Assembly: GCA_964016885.1 (NCBI GenBank)
Contig: OZ024740.1
Coordinates: 229,524,001 to 229,588,000 of the forward strand
Source of the DNA: Eledone cirrhosa
Lineage: Eukaryota
Length of the DNA: 64,000 bases
Direction: 5' to 3'
Both the position numbers and the translations under genes were made by a program. The notes under the pieces are model-generated. The model saw only the letters and a program-made list of their open reading frames with translations, was not told the origin of the DNA and did no database searches. Shown piece after piece: positions 41,742 to 56,117 of the stretch. How positions within the stretch are numbered: position 1 is the first letter of the stretch; each line of letters begins with the position of its first letter.

Positions 41742-44700
41742 ATGACCTCACTCAGAATAGGCAGCATAAATGCGCGTGGCTTGGGGTCGTCATGGAAGCA
41801 GGGTCACCTGCTCAACGACCTCAGGTCACTAAACATAGATGTAGTGGCCATCAGCGAGACCAGAATCTCCGAAGCACGGGCCTTCGCACCGATCTTCGGC
41901 GGCTACGATGTGTACGCATCTCCCAGCCGTCCTGGATCCGGTGGAGGAGTTGCTGTACTTTTTCGGAGAGGTTTGGATCTCGCCATACGGGCCATCTTCC
42001 TGGACCCAGAGGGTAAGCTGGTGGTGCTGGACGTGACCAGCGGAGACGGGCAAGCTTTCAGGCTAGTGGCCGTCTATGCCCCGACAGGAGCAGGGCGGCC
42101 TGATTTCTTCCGGCGTCTGGAGACCTTTCTTGGAACGTCGCGCTCTTTAGTGTTAGTGGGCGACTGGAACGGGATCTTAGATGCACGCTGGGACTGTGTG
42201 GGATTAGCGGATAGGGGTGGAGGGTGCAAGAGCCTCACCAACCTGCTCAGGCGTTTTGAACTGTCTGACAGGTACCGATTGGATTTCCCGAATGTGCCAA
42301 TGTGGACTTGGACAAACCGCATAGGGTCATCCAGATCATATCTAGATAGAGTATTTTGTAGGGAAATAGATAGGTCTAGCATAGGCTGTCCACAATTCAA
42401 GATAGTCAGCTACACGGACCACAAATTCGTGATCTGTGTGCTTGACTTAGATAGGCTTCATAGACGAGGACCCGGCTACTGGAAACTAAACGCGTCCTTA
42501 CCAGCGCGCAAGGCCTACAGAGACCGGATTAGCGAACTAGTTAAGCGGGCGTTGACGGGGGCCATCGTCAACAACAAGTGGTGGTTTGCTCTGAAAAGAG
42601 CGATTAGAATAGAATCGATTAGATTTAGTAAGGCTTTAGCAATAGAGAAAAATAGAGCAGAGGGAGAACTAGTTCGAAAATTAGACGAGGCGCTTAGCAA
42701 AGGCATTGCGACCGACGTGCTTGCGGCGAAATTGGCCCTTGACCAATTCTTCAATGCAAAGCACGAAGGCTGCGTTGTCAGAGCAAGGGTGCGTGCTCTC
42801 AGACACGAGGGGACGAAAGCCGTTCAATGGGCCCGAGTGGCGGAGGCGCGTCGTGGCAACAAAGCCACGATCCGGTCTTTGGTGGACCACGACGGGCGCA
42901 TGCTACTCGATCCCGGGCAAATGTGTGAAGCTTTTCAGCGACACTTCGCTCAGCTGTTCGGGGGCAGCGGTGGGCCGGGTAGAGGGATGGACTTTAGTGT
43001 CTACCTCGACGGACTGCCGCGGCTCTCGGCCACTGAGGCGAGGTGTTGCGAAAAGCCGATAACAGCCGCTGAAGTAAGGGAGGCAATGACTGGCTGCACA
43101 AGGGGTAAATCGCCTGGTTTGGATGGTCTGCCCTATGAACTTTACGTACAGATGCCAGACTTGTTCGGAGGCCTCTTGGCGGACGTCTACTGCAACTGGC
43201 AACAGAACGGGAGAATTCCCAGTTCTGTGAGCCGAGGAGCGGTGGCACTGCTGAGAAAGGATCCGAACAAGGGGGATAACATAGAAAATTTCCGGCCCAT
43301 AACTCTGCTAAACACAGAGTTTAAGATTTTGGCCAAGGTGCTAGCAAAGAGGTTGGCGCTTGTCGTTGGTGGTCTGGTGGGAGAGGCGCAGACATGCGCC
43401 ATTCCCGACAGATCCATCCACGACAACCTCCACCTCATGCGATACATCGTAGAGAGGGTAGCTAGGGAACCTGGCACGGGTGGGTCCTTGATCAATTTAG
43501 ATCAGTCGAAAGCTTTCGATAGGGTCGACCATCGTTACCTAGCGGCAGTCCTGAGGGCGGCTGGCTTTGGGCCCGTCTTCAGAGGCTGGATCGCTGCCAT
43601 GCACAGCGACATCTGCTCTGTGGTGAGAGTGAACGGTCACCTGTCGGAACCGTTCAACATCATGCGCTCGGTCCGCCAAGGATGTCCCCTCTCGTCCCTC
43701 TTGTACGTATTGACTCTCGAGCCATTACTGCACAAACTGGAGACGTTGAGGGGGGTCCCGCGCGAAGTAGGATGCGGAAGATCCGTATCAGCATATGCGG
43801 ACGATGTCACCGTAGTGGTGTCGAACGCCAAACACATCGAGGCGATCGGCACTACACTAAGAGAATACGAAGCGGTGACAGGAGCAATGATCAACCAGGA
43901 AAAGTCAGTGGGCCTGCAGCTCGGCACCTGGAGAGGCAGGTCCATGCCGTCCAACAGCGTCGTCGGGCGCTGGACGGACGGACCAGTTAAATTGCTAGGG
44001 GTCTGGTTCGGTCCGGACCTCCAGACGGACAAAAACTGGGACGAGGTGACGAGCAGGGTGGCTTCTCTCACCCAGAAATGGGCGGAGAGGAAGCTATCCC
44101 TGAAAGGTCGAGCGGAGGTGGCTAACGCGTACATCGCGTCTGTCATCTGCTACCGCCTAACCGTCGTACCTTGTCCTAAGCCTCGCCTGACTGCGCTGGA
44201 GCGTTTGCTCTTTCGCTTTTTGTGGAAGGGACGTGCTCCGATGGTCAGGCGGTCCATCTGTTGTCAACACCCGCTACGTGGAGGGCTGGGCATGCCGTGG
44301 CTGATGATGCGCAGGCACGCGCTCAGGCTACGACATCTCCACCTCTTCCTCGACGGTGATCAGGTGTGGTCGCCGTTTGCTAGACGCGTTTTTCCCCAGC
44401 TCGTTTCCTTGACGGAGCTGCAGTCCTGGGTCAAGCGAAGACCGAGAGGGAGCGCCTGGAGACTGGAATGTCTTCAGGCGCTCACAGCCCTCGACCAATC
44501 GGGCAATGTGATCGGTGGAAACTCCACCTCGGCGTTCTATAGAGGATTAGTGGAGGGGAAGAGCGACGACGTACTTGGGGAAACTCTAGGCGTCGACGAA
44601 AATCAACTAGCCAATCTCTTCGAAAGAACTTTCGGGCCAGGGCCTATGGACAACTTCCAGAAATCTCTGGCCTGGCAGTGCTACCGAGGAGCCTTGCCAG

Positions 44701-45161
44701 TTCGGGATAAACTCTACAGGCATGGAGGTGCCGTCAGCCGGGCATGTCCGAGATGCGCGCAGGGCGACGAAACCGTCCTGCACGCACTCGTCCAGTGTCC
44801 GAAAATTGCTGACTTGTGGGTTTATGTCGAACACCTGCTGTCGCGTTTAGGACGGATCCAGCTATCATCTGAGTCTATCGTGAGGATTGCCCCGCCCTCC
44901 TCCTTTAGCCGGGAAGGGCAGGCAGTTTTTATCTGTCTGGTGGCCATGGCGAAAGAGATAGTATGGTGGACACGTTTGAAAGGGCTGAAGACGAGCACTT
45001 ACCTCTTCGGTGATGCTCTGATTGACTTTTTCAAATTTCATTTGAAAAGGAAAATCAGAGTAGAGAAGGAAGTGCTCTCTTCCCAGCATTTTGTTGAAAG
45101 ATGGGTGAGAGAAGCAAGAATGGCCCGAGTGAATGGGCCGACTCTGAGTATATATCTGTAA
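41742..45161 (+). CDS. ORF2: AP endonuclease, reverse transcriptase and C-terminal zinc motif (1139 aa)
   Basis: SINARGL, ISET, GDWN, LDRVF, TDH; PGLDG, RPITLLN, DQSKAFDRV, QGCPLS, YADD; CPRC...ETVLHALVQC. Confidence 0.97.
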   Translation: MTSLRIGSINARGLGSSWKQGHLLNDLRSLNIDVVAISETRISEARAFAPIFGGYDVYASPSRPGSGGGVAVLFRRGLDLAIRAIFLDPEGKLVVLDVTSGDGQAFRLVAVYAPTGAGRPDFFRRLETFLGTSRSLVLVGDWNGILDARWDCVGLADRGGGCKSLTNLLRRFELSDRYRLDFPNVPMWTWTNRIGSSRSYLDRVFCREIDRSSIGCPQFKIVSYTDHKFVICVLDLDRLHRRGPGYWKLNASLPARKAYRDRISELVKRALTGAIVNNKWWFALKRAIRIESIRFSKALAIEKNRAEGELVRKLDEALSKGIATDVLAAKLALDQFFNAKHEGCVVRARVRALRHEGTKAVQWARVAEARRGNKATIRSLVDHDGRMLLDPGQMCEAFQRHFAQLFGGSGGPGRGMDFSVYLDGLPRLSATEARCCEKPITAAEVREAMTGCTRGKSPGLDGLPYELYVQMPDLFGGLLADVYCNWQQNGRIPSSVSRGAVALLRKDPNKGDNIENFRPITLLNTEFKILAKVLAKRLALVVGGLVGEAQTCAIPDRSIHDNLHLMRYIVERVAREPGTGGSLINLDQSKAFDRVDHRYLAAVLRAAGFGPVFRGWIAAMHSDICSVVRVNGHLSEPFNIMRSVRQGCPLSSLLYVLTLEPLLHKLETLRGVPREVGCGRSVSAYADDVTVVVSNAKHIEAIGTTLREYEAVTGAMINQEKSVGLQLGTWRGRSMPSNSVVGRWTDGPVKLLGVWFGPDLQTDKNWDEVTSRVASLTQKWAERKLSLKGRAEVANAYIASVICYRLTVVPCPKPRLTALERLLFRFLWKGRAPMVRRSICCQHPLRGGLGMPWLMMRRHALRLRHLHLFLDGDQVWSPFARRVFPQLVSLTELQSWVKRRPRGSAWRLECLQALTALDQSGNVIGGNSTSAFYRGLVEGKSDDVLGETLGVDENQLANLFERTFGPGPMDNFQKSLAWQCYRGALPVRDKLYRHGGAVSRACPRCAQGDETVLHALVQCPKIADLWVYVEHLLSRLGRIQLSSESIVRIAPPSSFSREGQAVFICLVAMAKEIVWWTRLKGLKTSTYLFGDALIDFFKFHLKRKIRVEKEVLSSQHFVERWVREARMARVNGPTLSIYL

Positions 45162-45422
45162 ACTAAAGGTGGAAAACTGGGAGAGGGCACTTGCCTTGGT
45201 GGTCAGGGTCATTGTGGCTTTTTACTGGGCTTTCTCCACAAATGTCCCTCCGAAGTCTCCCCCCTATTGGGGAATTTTTCATTGTTATTTTCATTGTTAT
45301 TTTTGTTACATCCTCTGTTTTTGTTTTTTTTACACGCAGAAATGCCCATTTGTACCGTCCTGCATTGTCCTGCACTGTCCTTAATGTCTACTTTATGTAA
45401 ACCCTTGTGGTTAATAAAGAAA

Positions 45423-45477
<55 letters not shown>

Positions 45478-45902
45478 AATATTGTATATTTATTTCAATC
45501 GCAAATGTGTTAATTCTTATAAAATGAAAACATATGTTCTGATTGTCTTCATACTAAATAAACACCTCCTACCAATAGCGACGTTATTATAAACAAACAA
45601 CGATTTATTTTGAGCGTTCCTTTATTAGGATGAGGGTGGGGTGGAGAGTTGAATTGCGTCTGTCTTAAGCCTTTGAATGTTTCTCAACAGCGCAACATAA
45701 AGGGAAACAGTTGAAATGCTGAAATTACGAATGAATATTTCCTTTGAAAGTCTCCCTCCGAAAATGAAAAGAACTTAGTTCCCATTTTCCTTTTATGTGA
45801 AATCTCCTGGGAGTTAACGAAACTTAAACCCTTAATTCAAACCAAATTCAAAAATGATGTTGCTCGGCTTCACACGCACACACACACACACACATATCTA
45901 TA

Positions 45903-45965
<63 letters not shown>

Positions 45966-45977
45966 TATATATAAATA

Positions 45978-46057
<80 letters not shown>

Positions 46058-46227
46058 GAATAATCGAGTATCGAAAAATCGGCGCACGAGTTCACGATAA
46101 ACAAAATTCGACATGAGTGGCAGAGGGCTCAATAATTCAGATAAATCAGAGCTATAACTATCGTTAAAATACCAACACACATAGATCATGTCTAAAATCA
46201 ACCATACGATATATATATATATATATA

Positions 46228-46435
46228 AGACCCCGACAGCTGAGCTCAAGCCGTTTCGACGGCTAATTCTGGACTAGAATTAGTAGTCCAGAATTAATAG
46301 TCCAGAATTAGCCGTCGAAACGGCTTGAGCTCAGCTGTCGGGGTCTTACTGGTTCCTAATACCCACTCTACTACCTCAAGTATTGAGTACTTTGGTGCGT
46401 TATGGTCCACCTGGTTCCTTACCACATTTCCTTCG

Positions 46436-46502
<67 letters not shown>

Positions 46503-46665
46503 GGAAAAGAGTCAGGAACCCGACGGCTGAGCTTCGGCCGTTTCGACAGCTAGATCCGAACTGAATCAGTTCGGATCTTTTCCTATTACCCACTCTACTA
46601 CCCTAAGTATTGAGTACTCTGGTGCGTAATGGTCCACCTGGTATCTTACCACACCCTCTTTGTTA
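46228..46665 (+). mobile_element. Two P1 hairpin elements separated by (TA)n
   Basis: 46228-46438 and 46501-46665; inverted arms and the shared tail. Confidence 0.8.
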
Positions 46666-46851
46666 TATATAATATACACCTTATCTCAATGATTCGAAAC
46701 ACCCACGTTATAAATTTATTTTAAAAACAAGTTTGTTTTAGCGAACCTTTCCAAATGACGACTCAAAATAAGATTGTCGGCTAGCAAGTTCATAGGGTGA
46801 CTATTTAGTCATTCCCTGAGAGTATCTTGGTCAACCTATGGAACTTGTATG

Positions 46852-46939
<88 letters not shown>

Positions 46940-47209
46940 GGGGGTTGAAAAGCGCAACTGTGGTCGAGAATCAGCATGCAGTAGTTTTAACGAAAAAACA
47001 ATCTAACTTAATAACAAATGTTTTGATAATCCAAAACGGAGAAAGCAGTCTTTGCTAACATCAATGTTTGTACATGTTATAAAGATCCTTTAAATAAATA
47101 CATATATATCAGGTGCACTTTACAAACCATTTTAAAAATAATTTTCCTTATATAACATGATTTGTATAGAACGTTTTCTAACGTCCACACTTTTTTTTCA
47201 CTATATATA

Positions 47210-47405
47210 CTGGTGGGCTAAAAAGTTCATAGGCTTATTATGAACAATTGAAGCTAGGGATGTGAAATCTTGCACGCATTAATTTCTACTCTTCTTACTA
47301 ATAATTGCATTGTTTCTTTCCAGGGTCTATGTTGAAAAATAAACGCCATTTGGTCATTCCATGAGAGCATCTTGGTCAGCCTATGAGCTTTTCCCCCGAC
47401 ACTCA
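47210..47405. mobile_element. Mariner-type MITE, inverted relative to the 1293 copy
   Basis: Internal sequence is the reverse complement of 1320-1445; short derivative at ~46775-46846. Confidence 0.7.
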
Positions 47406-47721
47406 TATGTATTGGTTTCGACACCCAGTGTTCTAGCCATTCCAACAATGAAACCGCCAGCTCGTTAAAGTTAATGTGCTTGTGGATGAGCGTTCTACCA
47501 ACACAGGAACCTTAAAAGTAGATCTCAGGAAAATTCAGAGTGACGAAATATGTAATATGGCTGGCTTTATGAATTAGAGGTACAGCTGGGTAAATTGCAG
47601 CATCATGAAAAATAGGGTTTTGTTCAAGGATACATCGCACCACCAGGAATCACATTCTCGTCCTTAAGATCATCAGTCGAATATCCTAACCACTAAGCCA
47701 CGCACTTTCACTAAGTTAAAA

Positions 47722-47936
47722 TAATTGTTTCTTATATAGGCACAAGGCCAGCAATTTTGGCGGAGGGGAAAGTCGATTAAATCGACTCCAGTGCGTGACT
47801 GGTACTTTATTTTATCGACCCCGTAAGGATGAAAAGCAAAGTTAACCTTGGCGGGATTTGAACTCAGATCGTAAAGGGACGTAACTACGCTGGAAGGCAT
47901 GTCTGACCCTCTACCAATACTACCAATTCACCGCCC
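47722..47936 (-). mobile_element. S1 SINE
   Basis: Near full-length consensus match. Confidence 0.88.
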
Positions 47937-48159
47937 TTTAAAAGTTAAAATAATAAATCTACTTAGAAATTCCGCAGATATTATTTCTCCCCCTTTTTAT
48001 GGCACGCTTTTACTTATTTGTTCATTATTCAATTAATGGTTAAAAACAAAATTTGATCCAAAATGGTGGTCAATTGGCTGAATTATTAACGCATTATTTG
48101 TTCTGATTTCTATTCTTTCGGGGTTGGTAAATAAAATGCCAATCAAGAATTTGGCTCCA

Positions 48160-48261
48160 TTCTTCTTCTTCTTCTTCTTCTTCTTCTTCTTCTTCTTCTT
48201 CTTCTTCTTCTTCTTCTTCTTCTTCTTCTTCTTCTTCTTCTTCTTCTTCTTCTTCTTCTTC
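48160..48261. repeat. (CTT)n followed by a CT-rich tract
   Basis: Direct reading. Confidence 0.95.
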
Positions 48262-49486
48262 CCCTTCCGTCTCTTTCTCACTCCCCTCACCCATCCTCTT
48301 CCTCTCTCTCTTTTTCTATCTCCCTCTACCCCCTCTCTCTCCGCTTCTGTCTCTCCCTCAATCTCCCTCTCTGTCTCTCTCCGTCTCAATCTGTCTCCCT
48401 TCGTTCTCCCCATCTCTCTCTCCCTTCCCCCTCTCTTATTCGCCTACGTCTAAGTGTCGCGTGTGCTAACTCACCGCTCTTAATGAAATTCAATTGGTGC
48501 GTGTGTTTTGATTGGCAACATGATCTTACCGAAATACAACAAAAGAAAATCAGTTTATCTTACTCATAAGAGCAAATATTTATAGTAGCCAGTAACAAAA
48601 GCTTGGAAGCGGTCGCTCGCCATGCTAGAAAAGGCAACCAAATATCCTCTCTATCACACCCGACTGTTTCAAAAGATGGTGAATGTACTACATCTATCTT
48701 TAAAAGAATATGGTTATAGCTAGAATATCTTTGATCATAGGTATGCTTGATATGATATGGGGTGCAAAACAACAACAATAACAACGGTAGCAGCAGCAGC
48801 AACAATAACAACAGCGTATTTATACATAAAAAGAAATAACAGTAGATGACGTTAATGCTTGTCTTAGCCATAAGGGCTTTAATGGCGCCACTGAAGCAAA
48901 ATGGCTTCCGTTGTAAAATCGAAGTGGAACGCTGTATTTCAGGTCTCGCCAGGCGGGAGCTTAACCTCTACACGGTCAGACACTCGTCAAAATTAACTTA
49001 TCTCTCATCATAGGTGATGTTCAATGGCAAGGATTATTCTTACTTTATAAAACATAATCAAATACATATCATATGAAAGAATAATTATGGAATATGCTTC
49101 TGTTTGGTCAAAGGTTTCTCGTTGAAGCATTTTGTAGGGAGAGGGATAATTCTATTTTTTTCTGTGGCCCTTTTTTGCAGGGAAGTTTCTTTGTTTATTT
49201 TTTTTTTATATGTAGAGAAGATTGTGGGGGAAGGAGCTTACACACTGGAACAGTATTTATCTTCTGAGCTTGCTTGCACTTAGATGGCTTTTTCTTTATC
49301 CAGCATAACACCAGGAAAACCTTCAAATAAATACGATCTTTTAATGTACACATATACACATACACATACATATATATATTCACTCTTACATGTATGGGCA
49401 CATATACATACATCTCCCTCTATCTATTTCTCTCTCTATATATATAAATATGTATATATATATGTGTGTGTGTGTGTGTGTATGTG

Positions 49487-49999
49487 TGTACTTACACGTA
49501 ACTACACGTGTGGAGTATGTGAGCATACATCACAAATTCATATTCAAATGTAATGTGTGTATCTGTCTTTTAGAAATCTACAAATTACTTGTTTGTCGTT
49601 TTAGGTATGGCTCTATGTCTTTCTTCGTGTGGATGTATTATATGTTTAAGTATGTACTATGTAGCTGTGTATCTCTCTCTCTCTATATATACATACATAT
49701 ATATATATGCGTGTGTCTGTGTGTGTGCATAATTATATATATATATATATATAATTATGCACACACACAGACACACGCATATATATATATGTATGTATAT
49801 ATATATAGAGAGATATACACAGCTACATAGTACATACTTAAACATATAATACATCCACACGAAGAAAGACATAGAGCCATACCTAAAACGACAAACAAGT
49901 AATTTGTAGATTTCTAAAAGACAGATACACACATTACATTTGAATATGAATTTGTGATGTATGCTCACATACTCCACACGTGTAGTTACGTGTAAGTAG
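49487..49999. repeat. ~510-bp near-perfect spacerless palindrome centred on (TA)n
   Basis: Arms appear to differ only in an internal CT/TA microsatellite. Confidence 0.93.
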
Positions 50000-50044
50000 A
50001 CACACACACACACCCTCTCTCTCTCTCACACACACACACACAAA

Positions 50045-50080
<36 letters not shown>

Positions 50081-51395
50081 AACTTACTCTCCTCCGCACA
50101 ACCCTTCCCCCCCGAAACTCTCTCTCTCACACAAACATACACACTCTCTCTCTCTCTCACATAGCCACACGCTCTCTCTATTTCATGACATTCACACATA
50201 CTCTCTTACACACGCACTCTCTCTTACACACACACACATATATACACTCTCTCTCTCACATACACACTCTATCACACACACACACTCACACACACTATCA
50301 CACACATACACACACAAACTCTCTCTCACACACACATTCTCTCTCTCTCGCACACACACAGACACAGACACTCTCTCTCACACACACACTCTCACACGCT
50401 CACACACACATACACACACACAAACTCTCTCTCACACACTCTCTTTCTCACACATACAGACACACACACTCTCTCTTTCACACACACTCTCTCACACACT
50501 CTTACACACACACACACAAACTCTCTCTCTCACACACACACTCTCTCTCACACACACAGTCACTCTCTCTCTCTCACCCACTATAACATACGCATTCTCT
50601 CTCTCTCTCGCTTCCTCTCACTATCTCACTCTCTCACACACACACACACTCACACTCACTCTCTCTTTCCCTCTTTCACACACAAACATACACACACATA
50701 CACACACATACACACACAGACACACACATACACACACATACACACACATACACACACAGACACACACAGACACACACAGACACACACATACACACACATA
50801 CACACACAGACACAAACATACACACACATACACACACAGACACACACAGACACACACACAGATAAGTTTTACAAGTCGATAATCAGGATTAGCCTTAGAA
50901 AATGTATAAGAAAATATTTTTTAGTACTTTTATTATTGCGTGATTCTGTTCGTTTATATTTTTGTACTGTAAATTTTCGATCTCTATTTATAATTATGCT
51001 CAACATAAGCGCGGACATTTTTTAAAAAATCTTGATAATAATTTATATCAATGAAGATAATACTAAAGATTTTTTGCTGGAACATAATGTCATTTCAAAC
51101 AACTAAATATTGCGTATAAAGAAAAACAAATGTTCATGAAGATAACTGTATACTATGTGTTCGAAAATGTGTCTCTGCAAGTTAAATATTATTAAGAAAG
51201 TAGTGAAGAAACAATGTTGAGTAAGGGGTTCTAACCCAACTGCAATTTAACAAACGATAACGTGGTAAGATATAGTTATAATTATGAAGTGGGGTGGGGA
51301 ATTATAGAATAGACACAAGATTTCTTCTTCTTCTTAATTACGGACGTGTATATTTTACGCGTGTAATTTTTCAGACATGTTATTTTCATTCATTT

Positions 51396-51948
<553 letters not shown>

Positions 51949-52400
51949 CATTACTCCGGAGTAAACAAACCAATTTGCGTACTTCGTCGAGTGCTCCATC
52001 TGCATACTGAGGTGTCGGTAAGCAACCAACATATATTCAAAATGTATGTACTTAGTACCTGTGGTAATATCGATCTCCTTTTTATATATTCTCCTATGTG
52101 TAGATAAAAAATCCGTTGTTTACCTAGCTGCTATTTTTAGAGGCGTGATAGACAACACGTCTATGTTTACTTCCGCTTATACTAAGGGCTAGTTCATGTG
52201 TAGGTCAAGTTTACGGCCTCATTCGATTCTGCACTAGCTAGCTGAAGGCAATATATTTTGCCGTTCGTGGGACTTTACGTCCTATGTAAGGGAAAATGCT
52301 TTCTGAAGAGCCGAACATTTCCATTGGAAGTCCCTCGGATTTCCAATCTTTTGTGAGGTGAAACCGTCGGTAAAAGCAAAAAGAATATATATATATATAT

Positions 52401-54086
52401 AACACCCGCCAATCGCCTTACGGTCGAACAACGAACTATCTTCATCTTACAGACCCACACTCCCCTCGGTCTGAACTCCCCACCCTTATTCCTTTAGCCT
52501 TCGACCGCCCCCCTCCCCCACACTTATCCCCCACTAACACACCCCTCCTTTTCACCGCCCACCCCACAACTAACAATACTAACACCTCCACTCCACCCCT
52601 CATCTGACCACCCTTCCCCAACTAACATACTAACATCCCTCCCTTCTTCTCCTCCTCCCCCCTCCTTATCACACGCACACACCCACCGGCACATATATAC
52701 ACGCGCTCACACTAAACACACACCCTACTACCACCACTAACCATCACCCCCACACCTCCATCCCACCACCCCGCAACTAACCTCACTAACACCCCTAACC
52801 CCAAGCACACGAACACACGCACCCACTTACACCACCCACCCCACACGCAACTAACATCACTAACACCCCCCAACCTCACGCACACGTACCCACACACCCT
52901 CGTACACCACCAACTCTACACACCCTACCACCACTAACCCCCACTCACACCTGCATTCAACCCCTCCCCACCTCCCGTATACTAACACCCACTAACACCT
53001 CTTCATCAAACTACACACACACCAGTACACCACACTCCCTCCATAGAACCACACACACCCTTCTCTCCCCGCTCCACCCACACCCTCGCTCCACACTCAC
53101 TCATCCCACTAACACCTCTACTAATACACACACACACACCCTCCTCACTCTAACTTTCACACCTACCCATCCTCGCCCCTTTACCATTCCACCGACTGCT
53201 GCTATGCCCTCTGACCACCTCCCAGCACAAACAGACACACAGCACTCCCACTGCTTGACCACTTCCTGTTGCGCGCGCACCCCACATCTCTCCTCTTCCG
53301 ACCATCGCTTCATGGAATACCCGCACGCAGAAATTGACCAACACCGAATCCACTAAACACCTTTGGAATTTACCTACTCTTCAACCATCCTCTTACGTAA
53401 TCACCTATATAACTCACCCACACACACACACCCAAAAAAAATTTTTCTCCACACGCCACCTACACCCACAACACGCTTAAACCCCACACACACGTGCTTT
53501 CCACCACATATTTAAACCCTCAGCCTCCTGATTCCTTTCCCCCCCCTCTATCCACACACGCACATACACTCCGACCCCCCCTCCCCACACCTCTTCCTGA
53601 ACATGCAACCCCGTTCTTCCCCCAACCCTTACTTTCACATACACACACACACACACGCACACCTACACACACACACCACCTTCAACCCTCCCCGCTCGGA
53701 CACCCCGTCTCCCTCTCCTCACTCCACCTGCCACCACCCCTACACACCCCACACCCTTCCACCAGCTGTTTTACCCCCTTTTAATTTCAGTTTATTTTGA
53801 TCATGCTTTTATATTTAAATTTATTTTATTCCTTGTATTTTGATCATACTTTATTTTTATTTTTATCTTTATTTTTTTATTTTTTCATTCGCACCGTTTC
53901 CTTTCGCTATATGTCTCTCCACCACTCCCCTACACACCCTTTGAACTCTGTTCCCACACACTTCTCACCTGAGGAAGGGCTTATGCCCGAAACGTCGTCC
54001 CCCACCAACACCCCACTCTCCAGAGCGTGAAATTAATAAACATTCGTTGTACTGCCTCTCTGGTTTGTCCCTGTTCAAATTTTTCC

Positions 54087-54090
<4 letters not shown>
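52401..54090 (+). mobile_element. 5'-truncated Penelope-like element: EN C-terminus, C/A-rich UTR, pLTR
   Basis: From 52402 reads RLTVEQRTIFILQTHTPLGLN (PLE EN terminal P.GLN motif); CTGAGGAagggc ttat gcccGAAACGTC at 53969-53996; AATAAA; TA flanks. Confidence 0.7.
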
Positions 54091-54151
<61 letters not shown>

Positions 54152-54296
54152 TGTTTTTACATACATATTTAGGGAGAACAGTTCACGCTTTGGTCCGTAG
54201 TTTTCTTTCTTTCTCTCTTAGTATTGACCTTAGCCTTACCAACAGTGGTGGTAGCAGTTTAAGCTGTTGGCATTGACTGTAGTGGTACTAGTGGTA

Positions 54297-54857
<561 letters not shown>

Positions 54858-55711
54858 ATTCAGTTAAATAATAGAATTATATAATAAAATAATGTACGAA
54901 TAAAACCCTCTCTATTAATTATATATGTATATATGTATATATATATATATAGAAGTGGTTACACAACAGTTAGTTCACCATGCCGAGAACAATTGTTTCA
55001 CCTTAGAAGTGTAACCACTTCTACCTAACTCGTCCCATGGACTGAGTGCTCTACCACTACGGATATTACCTTCCAGTGTTCTACCACTATATATATATGT
55101 GTGTATGTGTGTGTGTGCGTGCAAGGTTTTTTTAAGTAGTATTTTCCAAAGATGACAATGAATGTTAGACTTCTCCTTTACGTACACACAAAAACATTAA
55201 TCTATCATTTATAAAAACACTTCAATTATAACATGCCCCAAACACATACAGCTATAAATCTCATGCTCACATGAAACATCTTTCTCTCTATCAATTATAC
55301 ACAATGTTTAACGTTCTTAAAATACAACACTAAGAAATTATATATAAATATGTTAAGATATTCTATTATATAAATAAACAATCTCCCATTTTCTCCAGTT
55401 TACTTGTTAAAGCAGAGATAGGTGAAATTTCCAGTTGAAACGTTGCAATGGAGCATTCAGCTAATAACACGAACCATAAACAAATATTGCATACAAACAA
55501 AATATTGAATCCTCTTTTGGTTTACGATGACTTTACATTAATATATGTATATATCTATATATATATAATATATAATAATATTGATGTTATAATATAATTA
55601 TATTATTAATGCAAGTAAGTATACTCATTTACAGGGTGTTTTTAGCTCAATGCAATGAGCGTCATGCAGAGCTATTATAAATTTATAGTTTAGAAATGCC
55701 ATAATTCTTTG

Positions 55712-55746
<35 letters not shown>

Positions 55747-55885
55747 ATAATAATAAATTTGAAGACTAAAATCCAAAGAGGGCTCGATAAGGATAAATAT
55801 ATATCAGATATATAAGAACCGTAGAGCAAATATTTATTAAAATAACAGATTAAAGTTTATATATATATGTGTGTGTGTATATATG

Positions 55886-56015
<130 letters not shown>

Positions 56016-56032
56016 CACATATCTATATATAT

Positions 56033-56091
<59 letters not shown>

Positions 56092-56117
56092 TGTATGTAT
56101 GTATGTATGTATGTATA

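Larger units (their letters stand above)
39396..45475 (+). mobile_element. Full-length, apparently intact L1-group (Tx1-like) retrotransposon A
   Basis: 5' UTR, two open ORFs, 3' UTR with AATAAA; (ATT)7 upstream and (ATT)17 downstream. Confidence 0.95.

Noticed and set aside
41829-44834. Antisense and alternative-frame ORFs within ORF2
   Set aside because: Expected shadows of a GC-rich coding region; no motifs
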